DNA of 25,720 bases. Origin: a virus. Lineage: Duplodnaviria; Caudoviricetes. Of this stretch, positions 15,378 through 23,400 are shown one piece after another. The stretch covers positions 1 through 25,720 of IMG/VR virus record IMGVR_UViG_3300032281_000062; one strand, 5' to 3'. A model generated the notes under the pieces. That model did not search any database. It saw only the letters and a program-made list of their open reading frames with translations, and was not told the DNA's origin. A program made the translations under genes and the position numbers. Numbering within the stretch: position 1 is the first letter of the stretch; the number at the start of each line of letters is the position of its first letter.

Positions 15378-16883
15378 ATGAGCTTACACAATCTAGCTAA
15401 GCACGTCCAACAAAAGGGGCGTGGTAAAGACCAAATGCTTGTTCACATGACCCCAAGAGAGGTACAGGGGTTGCAAGCGCTTGCTAAAGCAAATGGCGGT
15501 AGCTTAACAATTAACCCAGAAACAGGGTTGGCAGAAGCAGGGTTCTTAGAAGACGTCCTTCCTATCGTAGCTATGGCTGCGGCTACGTATTTTACGGCTG
15601 GCGCAGCTGCCCCTGCTCTTAGCACTGCTTTAGGTAGTTCTATGGCTGGTGGTGTTGCTGCTGGCGCTTTAGCCGGTGCAGGTGTTGGAGGTATTGGTGC
15701 TGCAGCGCAAGGTAAAGACGTAGGCAAAGGGGCTCTTTACGGCGGTATTGGTGGCGCTATCTCAGGCGGTATGGGTGCTTATGGCGGTGGTGCTGAAGCT
15801 GTAACTGGCGGAGTTACTCCGACTCCTAGTCCTGAGGTAGTCAATCAAGTTGCATTAGATACAACCGTTACTGGACAAATACCTGGTCAAAGTGGAGCCC
15901 CTATTGGCGATTTTGCTGGTTCTGCTTCCGATCCAACGGCTGGTATGACTCAAGCAGCTAATACTGGACTGCCGCCTGGACCAACTCTAGGAAGTGCACC
16001 GCCTTCCCCTGCTGAACTTGCAAAACAAAATTTAGTTGGTGAGTCTTATGCCGTTCCTAGAGATCCAACAGCTGGGTATGCCGGAACCGAACAAGGAGTT
16101 GTAAATCCTGCAGTTATGCCACAACCTCCTAATCTTGGACCGCCTTCTTACTACAGCAAACTAGGTTCTGGTATAGGAGACACCGCTACAAAAGGGGCTA
16201 TTCAAGCTTTACCTGGTCTTACTGCCGATATTGGCATGAACGAGAACGCCGGTATAGAAGTGCCCGGTGCGGAACCCTACAGAAGTCAAGCTACACTATC
16301 TCCTAATTTTCAAGGATATACTCCACGTCAGCCCAAGCCATACTACCAAGCCCAGTACACCCGTTACGCTGCTGATGGTGGTTTAATGGCGCTTTCTAGT
16401 GGCGGTGATCCTGCTAAAAAAAGAAAACAGCGTGCTAGCCTAACTGCTGACAGAACTATGGCATCTATGGGTGCCGACCAAGCTGGATTAGCTATGCTTA
16501 ACAACGCTCGTTATGGCGCTAATATGACAGGCGCTTCTCCACTAAGATCTTCTATGTCTCTTGGTGATTTACCTAACGTTGTTGGTGCGGCTCGTGGCGG
16601 TCTTGCTGATTTAGGAGGATATTCTGATGGCGGGCGGATGCTTAAAGGTCCTGGTGATGGTATGTCTGATTCCATTCCTGCCACTATTGGTCGTAAGCAG
16701 CCTGCTCGTCTGGCTGATGGGGAGTTTGTGGTTCCTGCGGATGTGGTTTCTCATCTTGGTAACGGCTCTACTGACGCTGGTGCTAGGAAGCTATATGCCA
16801 TGATGGACAAAGTACGTAGAGCTCGTACCGGTAAAAAGAAACAAGCTCCAGCAGTTAACTATAAACAAGGAGTACCTGTATGA
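15378..16883 (+). CDS. Putative internal virion / ejection protein
   Basis: 501 aa. GRGKDQMLVHMTPREV...INPETGLAE N-domain, Gly/Ala hydrophobic segment, Pro-rich linker and C-terminal GPGDGMSDSIPA...ARLADGEFVVPADVV domain. No Cys. Confidence 0.65.
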   Translation: MSLHNLAKHVQQKGRGKDQMLVHMTPREVQGLQALAKANGGSLTINPETGLAEAGFLEDVLPIVAMAAATYFTAGAAAPALSTALGSSMAGGVAAGALAGAGVGGIGAAAQGKDVGKGALYGGIGGAISGGMGAYGGGAEAVTGGVTPTPSPEVVNQVALDTTVTGQIPGQSGAPIGDFAGSASDPTAGMTQAANTGLPPGPTLGSAPPSPAELAKQNLVGESYAVPRDPTAGYAGTEQGVVNPAVMPQPPNLGPPSYYSKLGSGIGDTATKGAIQALPGLTADIGMNENAGIEVPGAEPYRSQATLSPNFQGYTPRQPKPYYQAQYTRYAADGGLMALSSGGDPAKKRKQRASLTADRTMASMGADQAGLAMLNNARYGANMTGASPLRSSMSLGDLPNVVGAARGGLADLGGYSDGGRMLKGPGDGMSDSIPATIGRKQPARLADGEFVVPADVVSHLGNGSTDAGARKLYAMMDKVRRARTGKKKQAPAVNYKQGVPV

Positions 16884-17359
16884 GTGGAGCGGGGGGTGGT
16901 GGACTGTTTGGAGAAAACAGCCCGTTATTTGGACCAAAACAAGGATCTGCGGGAAATTCCGCTGGCGTTGGCTACACACCTACCGCAGCACCTAACTACT
17001 ACACACCCTCATACACACCGCAAACAGCAACTCCGTTTTTACAAAGCATAATGTCACAAAATAGTAGCAGCCCCCTTCAACGAGGTAATACTCTTGGGCT
17101 TCCTAGCTTACAAAGTATGTTTAACATGCCTCAAAATGGGTTACCACTTCAAACAAGTGGGATACAACAACTTGCAACAATGGCTCCGTATATAAGTTCT
17201 GCTTATAGACCCAATATGTCTAATGCTATGAATAAGTTAAATTTTATTGCTCCTTCTGTTACACCAGAGCAAGTTTCAGCGCTTGATAATTATGGTAAAC
17301 CTGTACCAAAGCCAGAACCAGTAGCAGAAGTACCAGAATATACAGATAGTGGAGGTTAG
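16880..17359 (+). CDS. Low-complexity Pro/Gln/Ser-rich protein, possible internal virion protein
   Basis: 159 aa. AAGGAG Shine-Dalgarno and ATGA overlap with the previous stop. Confidence 0.6.
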   Translation: MSGAGGGGLFGENSPLFGPKQGSAGNSAGVGYTPTAAPNYYTPSYTPQTATPFLQSIMSQNSSSPLQRGNTLGLPSLQSMFNMPQNGLPLQTSGIQQLATMAPYISSAYRPNMSNAMNKLNFIAPSVTPEQVSALDNYGKPVPKPEPVAEVPEYTDSGG

Positions 17360-17362
17360 TAG

Positions 17363-17776
17363 TTGAACTTAACTATTAAACCTGTTTTTACTGCTGCTTT
17401 TCACCAAACATGGCCTTTAGTTGAAGGGTTTTTGGCTGAAGCGTTAAAATGGGGTGAAGACGATTACACGGCTGAACAAGCTAAAGTAATGCTAGCTAAT
17501 GGGCAGTGGGTGTTGATGGTAGCAGTAGATGAGGAAAACACAATTCATGGTGCGGCAGCAATTAACTTTATTAATATGCCTAACGACAGAGTTGCTTTTG
17601 TAGTAGCTATTGGTGGTAAATTAATTAGCAGTCAGGACACTTATGCGCAGTTTACAGCTTTACTTAAAGCACATGGCGCCACTAAAATACAAGGTGCCGC
17701 AAGAGAATCTATTGCACGGCTGTGGACTAGATACGGGTTTAAAGAACGCTACAGGATTGTAGAGGCAAAAATATGA
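17363..17776 (+). CDS. GNAT-fold-like protein (position of P22 gp14 / T7 gp13)
   Basis: 137 aa, TTG start with GGAGG 7 nt upstream. Alpha/beta pattern ending GATKIQGAARESIARLWTRYGF, resembling the GNAT C-terminal motif. Confidence 0.6.
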   Translation: MNLTIKPVFTAAFHQTWPLVEGFLAEALKWGEDDYTAEQAKVMLANGQWVLMVAVDEENTIHGAAAINFINMPNDRVAFVVAIGGKLISSQDTYAQFTALLKAHGATKIQGAARESIARLWTRYGFKERYRIVEAKI

Positions 17777-18843
17777 GATATACACTAGATTCAATGTTGC
17801 CCGAACGGGCTTTTTCTCCACGCTTAGGTCGTGGTTTTGGTGCCGGTGGTATGACGCTTGAAGGCGGTTCTAGTGGTGGCGGCAGTTCGCAACCAACGCA
17901 AACAACTAGCCAGACATCTAACATTCCAGAATACGCACGTCCGTATGTAGAAAACATGTTGGCTTCTACTCAGAAGCAGATTTACAACGATGACATGTCT
18001 GGGTTTCGTCCGTATCAACCATATAGTACAAACCCTAGCGATTATGTAGCTAGCTTTAGTCCTTTACAGCAACAAGCTCAAGCTGCTACTGCTAACTTAC
18101 AAACTCCTGACCAATACGCAGCAGGTAGTAGTTTGGCTGGTACCGCAGGCTTAGGCTCTTTAGGTATTGCAGGGCAAGCTGCTGGTGCAGGGCAACAATA
18201 CAATCAAATGGCTCAAGACCCAAGAGCTATGCAAGCATATATGTCGCCGTATATGCAAAACGTAGTTGACTATCAGAAATCACAGGCAGTCCGTGACTAT
18301 GGTATTGGTCAGCAAGGTTTACGAGCACAGGCTGCTAGGTCTGGTGCTTTTGGTGGTAGTCGTCAAGCTATTCAAGAATCAGAAGCTCAACGTGCTTTAG
18401 GTAGCCAGTTACAAGGCATTACCGCAACAGGTTCGCAAAAAGCATTTGAAGATGCTCAACGTCAACAACAGTTTGGCGCTCAACTAGGTATGCAAGGTTA
18501 TGGCACAGCCCTTCAAGGTTTAGGTCAAGCTGGACAAGCAGCCGGTACTTTAGGTCAATTAGGCAGTGCTCAAATAGGAGCACAAAAAGACATTATCAAC
18601 CTTCAGTCTCAAGCTGGCGCCCAGCAACAAGCCCAAGAACAGCAGAAGATTAACCAGTCTATTCAAGACTACGCTACCGCACAGCAGTATCCGTACATGC
18701 AGCTGGGTATTATGAACGCTATGCTTAGGGGTTTACCACTACAGTCTTCAACAACACAGATGTATCAAGCGCAACCTAGTACTGGTCAGCAGTTAATGGG
18801 TTATGGTCTTGGCGCATTAGGCGCTTACAAAGCGTTTGGTTAA
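17773..18843 (+). CDS. Putative ejection / DNA-transfer protein (P22 gp7-like position)
   Basis: 356 aa, Gln/Gly/Ala-rich. GGSSGGG-TQTT-NIPEY near the start, AYMSPYMQNVVD, GAFGGSRQAI and a hydrophobic Gly-rich C-terminus. GAGG Shine-Dalgarno and ATGA overlap. Confidence 0.7.
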   Translation: MRYTLDSMLPERAFSPRLGRGFGAGGMTLEGGSSGGGSSQPTQTTSQTSNIPEYARPYVENMLASTQKQIYNDDMSGFRPYQPYSTNPSDYVASFSPLQQQAQAATANLQTPDQYAAGSSLAGTAGLGSLGIAGQAAGAGQQYNQMAQDPRAMQAYMSPYMQNVVDYQKSQAVRDYGIGQQGLRAQAARSGAFGGSRQAIQESEAQRALGSQLQGITATGSQKAFEDAQRQQQFGAQLGMQGYGTALQGLGQAGQAAGTLGQLGSAQIGAQKDIINLQSQAGAQQQAQEQQKINQSIQDYATAQQYPYMQLGIMNAMLRGLPLQSSTTQMYQAQPSTGQQLMGYGLGALGAYKAFG

Positions 18844-18852
18844 GGATCTACT

Positions 18853-20424
18853 ATGACTATTCCTTCCGCACCCGCAACATCGCCAGCCATGGCTGCTGGA
18901 CGTGGTTCTCCTAATCCCATGCCAGCAGGATTATCTGCGCTTTTAAAGCCTGACTCTACGCCTCGTGGCATGCCGTCTGGAAGCATTCAGCAGATTATGA
19001 ACACCGCTCGCAAAATGAGCGACTCGCAGTTGGCTGATGTTTTAGAAGGTAAAAGCTTAGTCGTACCACAATACGTTGCGATGACCGAAGCTATGGGGCG
19101 TAAGAGTTTACGCACCGCCATGCAGGGCGCTCAAGCACAAGCCCAGATGCAGCAACCTAGCGTTAAAGATAAGTTGTTAGCTGAAGAAGCCGTTAGTCCC
19201 ATGATGGGACAACCCATGCCGGGGCAGATGCCCATGATGGCTGCAGAAGGTGGTTTGATGTATGCCGATGGTGGTATTGCTAGTTTGCCTGCTCCCAATA
19301 TGGACACTGTTGACATGGCTGACGGTGGGATTATTGCGTTTCAAAATAGAGGATTAGTGCCATCGTTTGCACAAGATGAATTAACAATGTCAAAAGGCAA
19401 TCTGCCGATTGAACGTGAAGAAAGCAAAGAAGAACGCATTATGCGGGAGTATCGTGAAAGGGTAGCTGCTGAAGAAGCTAAAGGTCCAAAACCTTATGAA
19501 AGATTTAAAAATTATTTAAGTGGATCACAAAAAGCAGCAGAAGCACGGGCTTTAGCATATTCAACACCTTCAACTTTAACTTCAACTTCAGCTTTAACCG
19601 CATCAGCGCCAAATGCTCGTCTGTCAACAGCACAAGACATTCTTAATTTTACTGGCGAAGGTACTGCCCCAGCCACTTCTCTTGTTCCTGCCGCTGCTCC
19701 TGCTCCTGCCCGTGTTCCCGGTGCTGCTCTTGCCGCTGCTGGTCCTGCCCCTGCTGATAGTGGTATGGGCAGTCTTAAGTCTTATATGGATGCAATAAAA
19801 GCCAACCAAGAAGACTATTACAAAAAAGTTGAAGGCTTGGGTGCTAAACAGCGTGAAGGTCTTGCGCAGTTAAGAAGTCAAGGTGGTGGCGAAGCGTTGA
19901 TGAACATAGCTCAAGGTTTATTAAGCAAAGCCGGTTTAGCGCAGGGTATATCTGCGGGATTACCAGGAGTAATTCAAACAGCCGCAACATCTCGTAAAGA
20001 ACAACGTGCGGTTGAAAGTTTGGCTAATGAATACGATATGAATTTAGCTAAAGCTCGTGCTGCTGACGCTAAGGGTAATACTGAAGCCGCTCTTAAATTT
20101 ATGCAATTGGCTGATCAAGCTAAATACCAAGCAGCAGATATTCGACTCAAAACGGCTGCGCTTAATAAACCGAGCGAAGCAATTCAGCTTTTAAATGCTC
20201 TTGGCGATCCAAAGATAATGGAACGCTATCAAGCTATGAATGTAGCTAAGAGACCGGTAGATATTATCTCAAGAGAAAAAGCAGCAACGCTGTGGAAAGA
20301 CCTGCCTAGGTCAGAAAAGAAAAACTTTGTTGATTTTGAAGATTTTTACAGAAGACAAAATAATCAAGGTTTATATGCTACACTTCCGGGACAAGGCGCT
20401 GATGTAATTGGTACATTGAAGTAG
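18853..20424 (+). CDS. Putative ejection protein (P22 gp20-like position)
   Basis: 523 aa, Ala/Gln/Met-rich and helical. Clustered A[DE]GG motifs and an Ala/Pro linker. AAGGA Shine-Dalgarno. Confidence 0.6.
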   Translation: MTIPSAPATSPAMAAGRGSPNPMPAGLSALLKPDSTPRGMPSGSIQQIMNTARKMSDSQLADVLEGKSLVVPQYVAMTEAMGRKSLRTAMQGAQAQAQMQQPSVKDKLLAEEAVSPMMGQPMPGQMPMMAAEGGLMYADGGIASLPAPNMDTVDMADGGIIAFQNRGLVPSFAQDELTMSKGNLPIEREESKEERIMREYRERVAAEEAKGPKPYERFKNYLSGSQKAAEARALAYSTPSTLTSTSALTASAPNARLSTAQDILNFTGEGTAPATSLVPAAAPAPARVPGAALAAAGPAPADSGMGSLKSYMDAIKANQEDYYKKVEGLGAKQREGLAQLRSQGGGEALMNIAQGLLSKAGLAQGISAGLPGVIQTAATSRKEQRAVESLANEYDMNLAKARAADAKGNTEAALKFMQLADQAKYQAADIRLKTAALNKPSEAIQLLNALGDPKIMERYQAMNVAKRPVDIISREKAATLWKDLPRSEKKNFVDFEDFYRRQNNQGLYATLPGQGADVIGTLK

Positions 20425-20458
20425 CACCGCCAGCTACTAAAAACTATAGTGAAAATCT

Positions 20459-23400
20459 ATGCCATATTTGCGTCTACCTAGCGGGTCGTTCGTAGAAGTT
20501 CCGGAAGGAATGTCTCAAAGCGAGGCACTCGCAAAAGCAAGGCAACAATTCCCAGACGCATTTGCCCCACCTATTAAACCAGATACGGGATTTACGGGCG
20601 CAGCTAAAGCAGGCTTTGAGCAACTTAAAGCAGACTACGAGCGTCTCAAAGGCAGAACCGGCTTAAAGGATGTAGAAGAAGCCGAAAAAGAAGCGCAAAA
20701 ATACGAAAAGAAAAGAGAAAAAGTATTTAAACCAACGGAAGAAAGTTGGTCTGAAGCGCCTTTTGAGAAGTTTAAAGAAACCCTAGGCGGTTCATTGCCG
20801 TACATGGCGGCTCCAGCAGCAGTTGGTTTAGGCGCTTTGGCACTACCCGCTGCTTTACCTGTAGGTGCTATTGCGGCTGGTGGCGCTGGACTAGCTTCAT
20901 TAGGTCAATTTACAGGATCCAACCTTTCCCGTCAGGTAGCTGAAGGCAGACAACTTAAAGACACTGATTTAGTGGCGGCGGGTGCTGCTGCTGTCCCACA
21001 GGCTGCTTTGGATGTTATTTCGTTCCGCATGATCCCCGGTATTGGCAAGATCTTTGGTGCGGCTGGTAAAGAGATTACGCCAGAGATGGCTAAGAAGATT
21101 GCCGAACAAAACATCTTAAAAACCACAGGTGCTTATGCACTACAGACAGGCAAAGTTGCAGGCATTGAAGGTACTACCGAAGCTGCACAACAACTTCTGG
21201 AGCGTTTGCAAGCCGGGCTATCTATTACAGATGAAGCCGCTAGAGACGAGTACTTTGAGAGCTTTATTGGTGGCGCTGTACTTGGTGGCACATTAGCTGT
21301 ACCGGGTACTGCATACAGAAGAAGCCAGATTAAATCTCGTGGCGCTGAGATGGAACGAGAAGCGCAAGCTAAAAAAGACGAAGCAACACGTCTTGCAGAA
21401 GAACAACGTAAAGCATCTCCTGAGTATCAGCAAGAACTTATTGCCCAACGTAATGATTTACAAGGACAAATTACTCAGCTACAAGAAGTTATCAAAGATA
21501 AACGGCTTGACCCAGAAGCTCTTAAAGAAGGCAAAGAGCAAATTAAAGAACTGCAAAAGCAGCTCAGTACAGTTGTTAAAGATTTAAAAGAAGTTGCTCC
21601 AGAAGAAGCTGCCCCAAAAATGCAGGGCATGAGCATTGAGCAAATTCAACAAGAGCGTATAGCTGCACAAGAAGCAGAAGCAGAAAAAACTAGAGTAGCA
21701 GACGAAGCCAAAACTACTGAAAAACAGTTTGTTCAAAGGCATCAAGCTCTTTCTACTAATGTAGATACCCTAACAACGCAGCTTCAAGATGCCATGAAAA
21801 ATGGCGACGTTGCCACGGCAGAAAAGCTTGGCGCTACGTTAGATCAGGCTAATGCAGAGTTATCGCAATTAACAGACACTGCACAACGTGCTGGCATAAA
21901 CGTATTTACTACAGATACACAACTTAAAAATGCGCAAAAAGCACTGTCTCAAGCGCAGGTTAATTTAGCTAAAGCCTCTGAGAATGACAAGATTGTTCTT
22001 GACCCTCAAAAACGGGCAGAGTTATTTCAAGCTATTAAAGACGCAGAAACAAACATAGCTACTCTAAAAGAGCAAAAGAAAAAAGAAGACGCTAGCGCAG
22101 AGCTTGCTACGAGACAGGTTGGTACAGAAATAGTAAGCGCTGAAGAAACTGAGCAGCCGTTTGATATAGAAGAGTATCAGCGCCGTATACAAGAGCCGTC
22201 TAATCAAAAGATGCTGCGGTACGCTACAGAAGTTACTGCCTACAAACGAGCTTTTGTACCAGAAAACCCAGAGCTTGATACTTTAGTAAAAGACATAGAC
22301 GAGAAAAAATTATCTAATGCTTCGGCAAAATTGCTGGGGTTGCCTACGCAAGCAGGTAAAGCTAAATGGGCTTTTGATACAGCAACTAAAAAGAATGAAA
22401 AGTTATCTCAAGCTGTTGCCAAACAACTTGCCGATATCGAAGACGCTGAAAAATATTCTAAGCTGTACAACATGGGTTTGCCAGAAGACCCACGCACTCC
22501 TTATCTTGTACAAATTGCTGAAGGCTTAGGCGTTTCAAAACAAAAAGCACCAAAATCTAAAGTTGATTTAAATAGAAATCTACGTGGTCAAGTAGACCTA
22601 CTGCCCGCAGCGCAAAAACTGCTTGGTAAAAATGCGCCTATTGCAGAATACACACCCGCACATCTAGCAAAAATTCGTAATGATCTTGCTGAGATTAACA
22701 AAGTACTTAGCTACGATGAGAATTACAACGAAGAAAGAGCAAAAAGTTTAAAAGATCTTACTAGCAAAATCTCAAGATTAAAGAAACGTATTGCCAAAAA
22801 AGGTATTTCTGAGGCAGATAAAAAAGGATCTCAAGAAGTATTGGCACGGTACGAAGCTGCTAAAGAACAACTTAAGAAGACAGAGCGCCTTACACCAGGA
22901 TCTAAAGAACGCTTAAGTCGGCGTAAAGCTCGCCTTGAACAAGAAATTGAAGATGCCACACTTCCTTTACGTTTTAAAGGTAAAGCACCACAGTCTTTAA
23001 AAATTGAATCAGATATTGAAACGCTTGAAAACCAGCTTAAAGTTACAACGGCACCTAGCCAAATTAAAAAGTTAACTCAGCGTATTCAAAATGCGCAAGC
23101 CAGACTCGCAAAGGTAACTAAAACATCTAGGATGCCTGAAGGAGGCGCTAAAGGCGAACAAGTTATCCCAGCAAGAAAAGAAAGCGAAGCGCTTTTTGAA
23201 ATTCAAGAAGCTATTGATCAGTTACGTAAAGGCGAGTTCTTTGGTGGTGCTGCCGGTAAAGAAAAATCCCTTGAAAGCCAGTCTCGTACATTAGTACTTA
23301 AAGGCATCCGTAGTGATGTGGATACGTTAATCAATGCCGCCATTGCAGATATTAATATTGGGCGCCGTAGCTTTGACGATCCAGACATGTCGGCGCAAGA

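Noticed and set aside
19679-19760. GCT/CCT-rich quasi-repeat
   Set aside because: It encodes an Ala/Pro linker (PAAAPAPARVPGAALAAAGPAPA) and is not an independent DNA element.
20420-20443. Hairpin AGTAGC-N7-GCTACT over the 18853 stop codon as a terminator
   Set aside because: The stem is only 6 bp and is followed by an A run, with no U tract 3' of the stem on either strand.
20443-20452. CACTATAG on the minus strand, resembling a T7/SP6 promoter core
   Set aside because: Only the short core matches, the upstream specificity region is missing, it points antisense, and I saw no second copy.
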